A DNA stretch of 64,000 bases from an uncultured Pelagibacteraceae bacterium (GCA_902544135.1 CACCBF010000002.1:40596-104595); one strand, 5' to 3'; shown: positions 52,805 to 61,379, counted from the stretch's first letter. Notes: a model not told the origin generated them from the letters alone. A program made the numbers and translations.

Positions 52805-52901
52805 GTTATAATTACATTACCAGACAGTAATTGAAATTGTTATCACTAAATAGTTGTTTTTCATAATTAAATGATTTTTCTGTGAATTTCGGGGATAACT
52901 C

Positions 52902-53075
52902 CTATTTTGTAAGCAATATTAGGTAACTTACAAAAAATATAACAGCCATACTTGATAGAAATATTGTATTTATACTTTTGCCAGTATTTTTATACTGAAT
53001 AACACTTAAAATAATAAATCCAATTGAACTTATCAAAAACCATACCGCAGGTATTTCTCCATCAATTGAACCCAT
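52902..53075 (-). CDS. Hypothetical 57-aa two-TM membrane protein (below the ORF-track cutoff)
   Basis: My own translation gives MGSIDGEIPAVWFLISSIGFIILSVIQYKNTGKSINTIFLSSMAVIFFVSYLILLTK. It has two hydrophobic helices separated by a basic loop. No homology is recognised. Confidence 0.35.
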   Translation of the reverse strand: MGSIDGEIPAVWFLISSIGFIILSVIQYKNTGKSINTIFLSSMAVIFFVSYLILLTK

Positions 53076-53155
53076 ATATTTTAATTTAAACTATTGACAT
53101 TAAAAATCACTTGATATATTACTAATGATAATTAATTGTTATCAATAGTAATTAT

Positions 53156-54109
53156 ATGAATGAACTGACAACAGACCTAAAATCGCTTCATGAGGCAACT
53201 TTAAATAATCTCAAAAGCTCTAAAGCAAATAATACTCTAAGAGCTTATAAGTCGGACTTTAAAGACTTTGGAGCTTTTTGTGCAAAACATAGATTAAATT
53301 CATTACCAACAGAGCCGAAAATAGTTTCATTGTACCTTACCCATCTCTCTAAAAACTCAAAAATAAGCACTTTAAGACGAAGATTAGTATCAATAAGCAT
53401 GGTTCATAGGCTTAAAGGGCATTATCTAGACACTAAACATCCAATCATCGTTGAAAATTTAATGGGAATAAGAAGGGTCAAAGGAAGTATTCAGAAAGGT
53501 AAAAAACCTATATTAATCAATCATTTAAAATTAATTATTAATGTAATAAATGAACAAAAAACTGAAGAAATAAAAAGACTTAGAGACAAATCAATAATCT
53601 TAATTGGCTTTGGAGGAGGCTTTAGAAGAACAGAGCTCATTTCAATTGATCATGAGGATTTAGAATTTGTTCCTGAGGGTCTAAAAATCACTATTAAAAA
53701 ATCAAAAACTGACCAATTCGGAGAAGGGATGACTAAAGGACTACCCTACTTTGATAATGAAATTTACTGTCCTGTTTCAAATCTAAAAAAATGGTTGGAA
53801 ATTTCTAAAATTAAGTCTGGACCTATTTTTAGAAGATTTTCTAAGGGTTTATCATTAACGGACAAAAGATTAACTGACCAATCTGTAGTTTTATTAATGA
53901 AAGAGTATTTAAGGTTAGCAGGAATCGAAAACAAAAATTTTGCAGGTCATAGTTTAAGGTCAGGTTTTGCAACAGTAGCTGCTGAGTCTGGGGCTGATGA
54001 AAGAAGTATTATGGCAATGACAGGCCATAAAACAACACAAATGGTTAGAAGATATATTAGAGAAGCAAATATATTCAAAAATAATGCTCTTAGTAAAATT
54101 AAAATTTAA
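53156..54109 (+). CDS. Tyrosine-type site-specific recombinase/integrase
   Basis: 317 aa with an N-terminal SAM-like domain (LRAYKSDFKDFGAFC). Catalytic residues are R (GGFRRTEL), K (KSKTDQFGEG), HxxR (GHSLRSG), H (GHKTT) and Y (RRYIRE). Confidence 0.9.
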   Translation: MNELTTDLKSLHEATLNNLKSSKANNTLRAYKSDFKDFGAFCAKHRLNSLPTEPKIVSLYLTHLSKNSKISTLRRRLVSISMVHRLKGHYLDTKHPIIVENLMGIRRVKGSIQKGKKPILINHLKLIINVINEQKTEEIKRLRDKSIILIGFGGGFRRTELISIDHEDLEFVPEGLKITIKKSKTDQFGEGMTKGLPYFDNEIYCPVSNLKKWLEISKIKSGPIFRRFSKGLSLTDKRLTDQSVVLLMKEYLRLAGIENKNFAGHSLRSGFATVAAESGADERSIMAMTGHKTTQMVRRYIREANIFKNNALSKIKI

Positions 54110-54815
54110 GCTTAGAAAAGTAATAGGAAAAAATATTAAACTTTTTATTATAGAATATTTCAAATAATTCTTTTTTGTATTCTTTGAAGTTCCATTTTCC
54201 TTTAATCACAGCTGTACAAATATAGGGATATACAGAACTATCGTAGTGAAATTTCCCTCTTTTTTTATCTATATTTGAGTCAAACGAACAAAGTGAAACT
54301 AGATCTGCAAGATATTTTTTTGAAGTATTGGCTTCAAATTCCCAAATGTTATCGCCTGGAACTGTCTTATAAATATATTTAAGAGTTTTAACCTTAATAA
54401 CTGTTGGTTGAATTGAAAATAATTGTTTATCAGGATTTTTAAATAACTTTTCATGCAAATTTGACTTATCTAAATTTTCAAAAGCTCTAACTAATTTAAT
54501 TAATTCACATTTTTCATTTTTAATTAATTTTATATACTCATTTATTATTGTAAAATTAGGTTCTTTATATAAAAACATATCCTCGTGACAAAAGAGGACA
54601 ATTTCATTATCATCGATATCGTTTAAACAGGAAAGAATTCTATTTTTGTAGGTCAGTTCGTCATTGTATTTAATCACAAGATAATCATCTCTAAATGATG
54701 AATTTGAATTTAATAAACAAATCTTTTCAAAACCATGTAAAAATTTATCAGTTTGTTGATGCCAATATTTCCATACCCAGGAATAATCACTGTGAGTGTA
54801 CACGAGTATTTTCAT
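54099..54815 (-). CDS. Hypothetical protein, possibly a GT-A-like glycosyltransferase accessory
   Basis: 238-aa ORF arranged as an operon with the upstream GT gene at a 5-nt gap. The VLFCHEDMF stretch resembles a DxD-like region. No firm family assignment. Confidence 0.65.
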   Translation of the reverse strand: MKILVYTHSDYSWVWKYWHQQTDKFLHGFEKICLLNSNSSFRDDYLVIKYNDELTYKNRILSCLNDIDDNEIVLFCHEDMFLYKEPNFTIINEYIKLIKNEKCELIKLVRAFENLDKSNLHEKLFKNPDKQLFSIQPTVIKVKTLKYIYKTVPGDNIWEFEANTSKKYLADLVSLCSFDSNIDKKRGKFHYDSSVYPYICTAVIKGKWNFKEYKKELFEIFYNKKFNIFSYYFSKLKF

Positions 54816-54820
54816 TTACT

Positions 54821-56941
54821 TCAAAATAATTTGAAATTTTTGCCTACAGAAATATTTATAAAATATTCAGTAATACGTTTTTCATTAAATAATTGGAAAT
54901 ATTTTTTTTGACCATTCTTAGCTATTTTTTTCCGAAGCTTATCATTTATTGAATAAAAGATTATTTTATCAGCTAAATCATTAATGTTATTGTAGAAAAC
55001 TATCTCTTTGGAATTAAAAAAATGATCCATTTGTACTTTTTTATCAATAAAAGTTAGCAAACCATTACCCATAATTGATGCAATTCTATTGCTGGAGTAA
55101 TATTTCGTTGGTTTTCCCCTGCTAAGATTTAGGCCCATTTTAGAATTAATTAGGGAACGAAAAAAATTATTTCCCCAAATTGGCTGTTTGTTCGCGAAAC
55201 CATAAAAGTCATATTTAATGTTAGGTATCTTTTTTACTAAATTATTTAAAAAGATAATACGATCATCCTCAATTCCCTCTTTTAAAGTCGCCCTATTTAC
55301 TCCATGACTCATTGCGTAAAAAAGATCTTTTTGTGGTCTTAAATTATATACATCAAAAAATTCAATATTTTTATCAACTGGCACAAAGAAAAAATGAAAA
55401 TTATCGATATTTATATTCTGTTTCTTTAATTCACTTGGATTAGTAGTTATAAAATTATGATCAACTAATTTTGAATATTTTTGAATATTTTCAATATTAT
55501 TTTTTGAATAATTCAAACTTGGCATAACAGGATCCTCATTCCATTGCGAAATAATCAGATTTTTATTTAATGATTTAAGAGTATCTATAGTTTCGCTATC
55601 AATATTTCTAGTGTGCCCAAAAAATAGGAGATCTGGATTATAATTCTTAAAAGATTCAATTAGATATTTCTGAAAAGAACTTTTGACAGGTATAAATGAA
55701 AATGTTCTGTTATTTTTTATATAGTCCCTATCACTAATTTCGAGAACATCATGGCCATTTCTTATGAATCCATTTGTAAATTTTTTTCCTAAAGAAATAT
55801 TATAAAGTCTATGATCTAATTTTTGACCTTGATTATAAATGTTAAGTATTTTTAATTTATTTTTTATAAAGTTAAAATTACTATATGGTAGACATTCTTG
55901 TCTAATTTTATCGATAAGTTTTGTATTCTCAGAAATAATATGTTCAACATTAAAAAAAGAATTTTTTTGAATTATTTTTCTTCTTTTTTTATCTTTTATT
56001 AAAAATTTTATTTGTTTATACAGACTATTATCATCAAGATTTTTTAGTATGATAGCTTGCTTCGTAGTTTCAGGTAATCCTCCTTTATTAGAAATTATAG
56101 TTGCACACCCTCTTGAGGTTGCCTCTAAAGCTGTCCTACCAAAAGGTTCCTCCCATTTAGAAGGCACTACAGATATTGATGATTTATTCAACAGATTAAG
56201 AACCTTTGAATGTTTTATAAAACCTAGCTCAAAATGATTAGGATGTTTTATAAATATTTTTCTTCTATCTTCATCACCTAAAGAAAAAGCTTTCCATTCT
56301 GGGAACTCATCTAATATTTTTATAATAGATTTTGAAAATATATCATAACCCTTTGACTCATTAAGCTTTCCCACAAAGGTAATGTAATTTTTTTTTCTAG
56401 TAATTTTTTTTTTAGGATTTATACTTGGATAAACAATTTCAGTTTTGGTTCTTAATTTATCATCTAAATTTATAAAAAATCTTTTTTGTGTCCATTCACT
56501 AACAAAAATAATCTTTTCTACATTAGAAATTATATTGAGTCTTTCTTTAATTGTTTTTGATCCTTTCATTGATAATGGATCGTTATGAAAATAGATTATG
56601 TATCTAGAATTAATACTTTTAATGATCTCTTTTAAGATGAGAGGCCTGTTATGTATTTCGATTAAATCATAATTTTGATTTTTAAATTTCTTAATTAGTT
56701 TTTTTGAATATTCTTTTGTAGCACTTTTTAATTTTGAACTAATATTATTCAAATTAATATTAATATAATTTTTTGATAAAAAGTCTTTATATTTAGTATG
56801 ACCAAAAATATAATTTGTTTTTTTAAATTTTGATCTTTTATAGAATTCACTCACCCATAAAGAAGCTGCAGAGGCTTTTGCGAAAGTATAATTTTCTTTA
56901 TATGGTAGAACTGTAGCAATTTTAATATTTTTTTTTTTCAT
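54821..56941 (-). CDS. Two-domain glycosyltransferase: N-terminal GT4 (GT-B) plus C-terminal CgeB-like/Glyco_trans_1_2 domain
   Basis: E-x7-E motif in WEEPFGRTALEATSRGCATI. The C-terminal ~340 aa resemble CgeB-type GT domains (YSSNRIASIMGNGLLTF...IAKNGQKKY). Confidence 0.85.
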   Translation of the reverse strand: MKKKNIKIATVLPYKENYTFAKASAASLWVSEFYKRSKFKKTNYIFGHTKYKDFLSKNYININLNNISSKLKSATKEYSKKLIKKFKNQNYDLIEIHNRPLILKEIIKSINSRYIIYFHNDPLSMKGSKTIKERLNIISNVEKIIFVSEWTQKRFFINLDDKLRTKTEIVYPSINPKKKITRKKNYITFVGKLNESKGYDIFSKSIIKILDEFPEWKAFSLGDEDRRKIFIKHPNHFELGFIKHSKVLNLLNKSSISVVPSKWEEPFGRTALEATSRGCATIISNKGGLPETTKQAIILKNLDDNSLYKQIKFLIKDKKRRKIIQKNSFFNVEHIISENTKLIDKIRQECLPYSNFNFIKNKLKILNIYNQGQKLDHRLYNISLGKKFTNGFIRNGHDVLEISDRDYIKNNRTFSFIPVKSSFQKYLIESFKNYNPDLLFFGHTRNIDSETIDTLKSLNKNLIISQWNEDPVMPSLNYSKNNIENIQKYSKLVDHNFITTNPSELKKQNINIDNFHFFFVPVDKNIEFFDVYNLRPQKDLFYAMSHGVNRATLKEGIEDDRIIFLNNLVKKIPNIKYDFYGFANKQPIWGNNFFRSLINSKMGLNLSRGKPTKYYSSNRIASIMGNGLLTFIDKKVQMDHFFNSKEIVFYNNINDLADKIIFYSINDKLRKKIAKNGQKKYFQLFNEKRITEYFINISVGKNFKLF

Positions 56942-57185
56942 AAGTACTAATTAGTAATAATCGTCTTAGCCTATCATTCTTTAATTTATACTCATAAGAA
57001 AGTGCTGATGACTTATTTTTGAAACCTTTTTTATAAACCAATTCCCACTTATATCCCTTTGTAGTTTTAGCCCCTTTATTTTCATTATGTTTAGCTAATC
57101 TATTTTTTATATTATTTGTGAAACCGACATAAGACTTATTTTTAAACCCTTTTATGGTTTTTATAAGATAAACATAAAAAAGCAT
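56922..57185 (-). CDS. GIY-YIG nuclease domain protein (UPF0213-like)
   Basis: 87 aa: FYVYLIKT...SYVGFTNNIKNRLAKHN...ALSYEYKLK matches the GIY-YIG core. Starts 17 nt downstream of the tRNA-Glu 3' end. Confidence 0.8.
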   Translation of the reverse strand: MLFYVYLIKTIKGFKNKSYVGFTNNIKNRLAKHNENKGAKTTKGYKWELVYKKGFKNKSSALSYEYKLKNDRLRRLLLISTYEKKKY

Positions 57186-57202
57186 ATAAAATCACTCAAT
57201 TT

Positions 57203-57277
57203 TGGCGGTCCCTAGGGGAATCGAACCCCTCTTTCGAGGATGAAAACCACGTGTCCTAACCGATAGACGAAGGGACC
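57203..57277 (-). tRNA. tRNA-Glu (anticodon UUC), CCA encoded
   Basis: Hand-folded from the reverse complement: GGTCCCT TC GTCT-ATCGGTTA-GGAC A CGTGG-TTTTCAT-CCTCG AAAG AGGGG-TTCGATT-CCCCT AGGGACC G CCA. There is one U-U mismatch in the anticodon stem. Confidence 0.9.
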
Positions 57278-57339
57278 AAAAAAAAAAGATTTTTTATTGT
57301 ATAATTTAACATTTATCAAGTGTTTATAATATAAATTCT

Positions 57340-58281
57340 TTAAATTAATTGTTTGGTTTTTATTATTTTTTTTAATCCAGAAGATTTATGAGTAATGAGT
57401 GTCTCAGAAACAAATTCATCATTGATTATTTCAATACCTGAAACAATATCTCCAGATGTAATTCCGGTGGCACAAAATATACTATCACCTTTTACAATTT
57501 CATTTAGTTGATATTTTTTGTCAAAATCCTCAATACCCATTTTTTTTGCTCTTTCTTTATCTTTGTTTGATTTAAATAAAAATCTTCCTTGGAAATTACA
57601 GTTATATGCATCTAATGCTGTAGCAGCTAAAACACCCTCTGGTCCTCCACCAATTCCTAAAAAAATATCTACTGAGTACTTTTTATCAATTACCATTAGT
57701 GCTCCAGCAATATCACCATCAGTTATTAACTTTAATTGAACCCTCAATTTTTTTAATTCATCTATAATTGCTTTGTGTCTCGGTCGATCTAAGATACAAG
57801 CGGTCAAATCCTCTGGTCTCTTATTCTTAAATTCCGATAAATTAAAGATATTTTTTTTTACTGAATAATCTAGGTCTACAACATCAGGTTCCGAAAAGTT
57901 AACAGATAACTTATCCATGTATGTCTCAGGAGCATTAAAAAGATTAGATTTGTTAGAGACAGCAATTACTGATAGAGCCCCAGATAAATTATTAGCAACA
58001 AAATTAGTTCCCTCTAATGGATCTACAGCTATATCCAATTCCGGTCCATTTTTATTACCAACTTTTTCACCGATATAAAGCATAGGTGCTTTGTCTAATT
58101 CACCCTCACCTATTACAATTTCTCCATTCATGTCGATTTTGTTTAATTCATTTCTCATTGCGTCAACCGCTGCTTTATCAGCTGCTATTTTATCTTTTTT
58201 TCCTATTAAGTGGTATGAAGATAAAGCAGCTCTTTTTGAAACCTCTAAAAAAAGTTTTTCAAATTTTTTATCTAAATACAT
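57340..58281 (-). CDS. glpX: Fructose-1,6-bisphosphatase class II
   Basis: 313 aa GlpX homologue (AVDPLEGT, GGGPEGVLAA). Confidence 0.93.
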   Translation of the reverse strand: MYLDKKFEKLFLEVSKRAALSSYHLIGKKDKIAADKAAVDAMRNELNKIDMNGEIVIGEGELDKAPMLYIGEKVGNKNGPELDIAVDPLEGTNFVANNLSGALSVIAVSNKSNLFNAPETYMDKLSVNFSEPDVVDLDYSVKKNIFNLSEFKNKRPEDLTACILDRPRHKAIIDELKKLRVQLKLITDGDIAGALMVIDKKYSVDIFLGIGGGPEGVLAATALDAYNCNFQGRFLFKSNKDKERAKKMGIEDFDKKYQLNEIVKGDSIFCATGITSGDIVSGIEIINDEFVSETLITHKSSGLKKIIKTKQLI

Positions 58282-59273
58282 TAGCTAACAGTTTCTAAAG
58301 ATGTATTTTTTTCTAATTTAGCCTCAAATTCTCTTAATCGTTTCCACACAGATATTAATTCAACAATTATTGGCCAACTTCTTACTAAATATTGAAGTGA
58401 AGTTTCAACTCTTCCAAAAGCTCTTATTATTTGTTGAACAAATCCTAATGTAATTGCGCCAGTTACGATTGTTGGTGCTAAAGCTAAGTAAGGAACTATT
58501 ACCATCCCCTGTAAATAACTCCATTTTACTGCATTAAAATAGAGATAATGAAAATACATTTTATAATGTATCTTTCGAACTCCTCCATAAAGATCAGTTA
58601 TTTTTTCAGGTTTTGCACTTTCTTTAAAATCCTCACCTAAGACAAGTTCTTTTCTATAAGCAGCCTCTTCTTTTTGTATGTCATACTCTATTCCAGGTAA
58701 TTTTATACCAACACTTGCTAATAAAATAGTGCCACCCAAAGCAGATAGTATAGCGACCCAAACTAAAGCATGTTCAACTTCACCGACCCAAGGTAATACC
58801 GTGATGCTTTTGGAAAGGCCCCATAATATAGGAGTGAATGCTATAAGTGTCATTAAACTTCTTAACAGTTCTGCACCTAAGCCTTCCATAATTCTGGCAA
58901 ATTTAAGAGTGTCTTCTTGAACTCTTTGAGAAGCACCTTCTATAGATGAAGCGTCGTCCCATTTATCATGATAGAAGTCGGCCATTGCTGTCCTCCATCT
59001 AAAAGTCCAATGACTTGTAAAATAGTCGCTAAAAATAACTACAAGTATGTAAACAGCGGCAATTTTAGCAAATGTAAAAAGATAATTGATAAATTCTTTT
59101 TCTGAAACTGAATTAGGCTCTGTTAAAGCTTTTTGCAAAGTGTCGTAAAATTCACCAAACCATTCATTAATTCTTACATCTAATTGTACTTGGTACCATG
59201 TAGCCAGCAGTATTAATATAGTACCACCTATACTCCAAGGAAACCATTTTTTTTGACTAAAAAATTTGAACAT
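58281..59273 (-). CDS. SbmA/BacA-like inner-membrane transporter (transmembrane domain only)
   Basis: 330 aa. The N-terminal region TWYQVQLDVRINEWFGEFYDTLQKAL parallels SbmA (VNAWYAPFYDLIQTAL). No fused ATPase. Confidence 0.75.
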   Translation of the reverse strand: MFKFFSQKKWFPWSIGGTILILLATWYQVQLDVRINEWFGEFYDTLQKALTEPNSVSEKEFINYLFTFAKIAAVYILVVIFSDYFTSHWTFRWRTAMADFYHDKWDDASSIEGASQRVQEDTLKFARIMEGLGAELLRSLMTLIAFTPILWGLSKSITVLPWVGEVEHALVWVAILSALGGTILLASVGIKLPGIEYDIQKEEAAYRKELVLGEDFKESAKPEKITDLYGGVRKIHYKMYFHYLYFNAVKWSYLQGMVIVPYLALAPTIVTGAITLGFVQQIIRAFGRVETSLQYLVRSWPIIVELISVWKRLREFEAKLEKNTSLETVS

Positions 59274-59555
59274 TTATTTTAAAAAATTATCTGCATAAGA
59301 TTTTTTTACAATCTTTCTTTTTTTTGGCTCAATAAGCTCATAATCAATACTCTTTTTTTTTGCGTAATTGATAGCACTTTCCTTTGTTGAAAATTCTAAT
59401 TTCAATTCACTTAAAGTATCTGATGAACTCTCCCAACCCATTAAAGGATTCTTAGAGGGATCTTTTGTTTCATATTCTAAAATCCATTTTACTGATTTAG
59501 CTAGTCCTGACTGCATTGCACTTTTGTTTGGTATGTAAATTTTTGCTTTTTTCAT
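59274..59555 (-). CDS. ETC complex I subunit conserved-region protein (NDUFS4-like)
   Basis: 93 aa with SAMQSG...NPLMGWESSSDT...YADNF, which follows the NDUFS4-family pattern. Confidence 0.75.
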   Translation of the reverse strand: MKKAKIYIPNKSAMQSGLAKSVKWILEYETKDPSKNPLMGWESSSDTLSELKLEFSTKESAINYAKKKSIDYELIEPKKRKIVKKSYADNFLK

Positions 59556-59561
59556 AATTGA

Positions 59562-59638
<77 letters not shown>

Positions 59639-59731
59639 AATGATGTACTAATACAGTAGTTATCAATATTTTCAATGGATAAAGCTGCCAAATATGAAGA
59701 ATTTTAATCAAAATCTGATATAAAAAGATAC

Positions 59732-60205
59732 ATGATAATTTCATGCCCCGCTTGTAAAAAAAAATTTGAAATTGGTGCAAATTTAATAACTTCAGAGGGT
59801 CGTAATTTACAATGTGGATCTTGTTTAAATGTCTGGTTTTATAAACCTGAAAAAGACATTTTAGATTTAAAGATCAAAGACAATACGACAGATCTAGATA
59901 AGGATGATAATGAAATTATCAATGAAGAAAATATAGAAAAAGAAATATCTATAATCAAAAAAAATAATAATGAAAATCTAAAAGATAAAGCTTTAGTAAA
60001 ATATGAGAAAAAAACAAAGTTAAAATTTTTTAATTTTATAGGTTATTTTTTTGTATTAATCATATCATTTGTCGCAATATTGATCATTTTAGATACATTT
60101 CAGCCCTTGCTACTTAAAATATTTCCAAATCTTGAATTAATTTTATTTAATTTTTATGAAATTTTATTAGATATATTCCTTTTTATAAAAGATTTAATTA
60201 AATAA
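59732..60205 (+). CDS. Zinc-ribbon (MJ0042-type) membrane-anchored protein
   Basis: N-terminal CPACKKKF...CGSC ribbon, an acidic/lysine-rich linker and a C-terminal TM helix. Confidence 0.65.
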   Translation: MIISCPACKKKFEIGANLITSEGRNLQCGSCLNVWFYKPEKDILDLKIKDNTTDLDKDDNEIINEENIEKEISIIKKNNNENLKDKALVKYEKKTKLKFFNFIGYFFVLIISFVAILIILDTFQPLLLKIFPNLELILFNFYEILLDIFLFIKDLIK

Positions 60206-60206
60206 G

Positions 60207-61379
60207 ATGATTAATTACATTTCAAAACCTTTTAAATGGTTTTTTAAATTAGAAGCAGCAAGTGGTTTAGTTTTGTTATTTGCTGCGGTAATTGCCTTAT
60301 TTATAAGTAATTCAAATTTATCAGAAACATACTTCTCTACTTTGGAAAAATATATTTTTTTAGGAATTAACAATTTTGGAATTAAATTAAGTGTCTTACA
60401 TTGGATTAATGACGCTTTAATGGCTATATTCTTTTTTTTTGTTACTTTAGAAATAAAGAGAGAATTTTTACAAGGAGAACTTTCCAATATTAAGCAAGCT
60501 TTGCTTCCTATTATTGCTGCAGTTGGAGGTATGCTTGTTCCTGCATTATTTTATGTTTTTATAAACTTTGGTGATAGTGAAACTCTGAATGGTTGGGCCA
60601 TCCCTTCAGCTACAGATATAGCTTTTTCTCTTGGTGTTCTATCTTTATTGGGAAAAAGAGTTCCATTGTCACTAAAAGTTTTTTTGACAGCTCTTGCTAT
60701 AATTGATGATTTAGGTGCAATAGTGATTATTGCTTTATTTTACTCTGGAGACCTGAGTGTAAAATACTTAAGCTTAATGCTCTTAGCTTTTTTGGTTTTA
60801 TTAATTATAAATAAATTTAATATTAAAAAGTTTTTACCATACTTGATAATAGGAATTTTTCTATGGGATTTTACTCATAATTCTGGAATACACGCAACAA
60901 TCGCAGGGGTATTATTAGCAATGACTATACCTCACAGAAAAAAAGAAAAAGATTTTTCTCTACTAATTAAAGTTGAACATGCAATTAGTCCCTATGTTGC
61001 CTTTGGTATAATGCCTTTATTTGCATTTGCTAACGCAGGTGTTTCGCTGGAAGGCCTATCCATAAACTCATTACTGGATAAAGTTCCTCTTGGAATATTG
61101 TTAGGATTATTTGTTGGAAAACAACTTGGGGTCTTTGTCTTTTCTTATGTTGCTATTAAAACAAAAATAGCACAGATGCCAAATAACTCCAATTGGTATA
61201 ATTTTTATGGGGTTGGTGTATTGACAGGAATTGGTTTTACAATGAGTTTATTTGTCGGAAATTTAGCTTTTGTAGAAAATATGCAGTATATGGATGGTGT
61301 AAAAATAGGAGTTCTAACTGGATCACTTTTGTCTACTTTATTTGGTTATTTTTTAATATTACTAACGCCTAATAGATGA
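60207..61379 (+). CDS. nhaA: Na+/H+ antiporter NhaA
   Basis: 390 aa polytopic protein with the IPSATDIAFSLGVL and ALAIIDDLGAI (DD) motifs. Confidence 0.93.
   Translation: MINYISKPFKWFFKLEAASGLVLLFAAVIALFISNSNLSETYFSTLEKYIFLGINNFGIKLSVLHWINDALMAIFFFFVTLEIKREFLQGELSNIKQALLPIIAAVGGMLVPALFYVFINFGDSETLNGWAIPSATDIAFSLGVLSLLGKRVPLSLKVFLTALAIIDDLGAIVIIALFYSGDLSVKYLSLMLLAFLVLLIINKFNIKKFLPYLIIGIFLWDFTHNSGIHATIAGVLLAMTIPHRKKEKDFSLLIKVEHAISPYVAFGIMPLFAFANAGVSLEGLSINSLLDKVPLGILLGLFVGKQLGVFVFSYVAIKTKIAQMPNNSNWYNFYGVGVLTGIGFTMSLFVGNLAFVENMQYMDGVKIGVLTGSLLSTLFGYFLILLTPNR

Larger units (their letters stand above)
51914..57202. mobile_element. Candidate integrase-associated genomic islet adjacent to the 3' end of tRNA-Glu
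   Basis: Contains a tyrosine integrase, surface-glycosylation genes, a GIY-YIG gene, a truncated ogt and about 1 kb of non-coding DNA. It lies between core-looking genes and ends at the 3' end of tRNA-Glu. I could not find att repeats by eye. Confidence 0.4.

Noticed and set aside
51914-57340. att-type direct repeats flanking the islet
   Set aside because: No copy of the tRNA-Glu 3' segment is visible at the EamA-proximal end. The only shared strings I found are TATAAATTCT (about 51961 and about 57325) and AATTGTTATCA (about 52835 and about 53132). Repeats of 10-11 nt are expected by chance in DNA this AT-rich.
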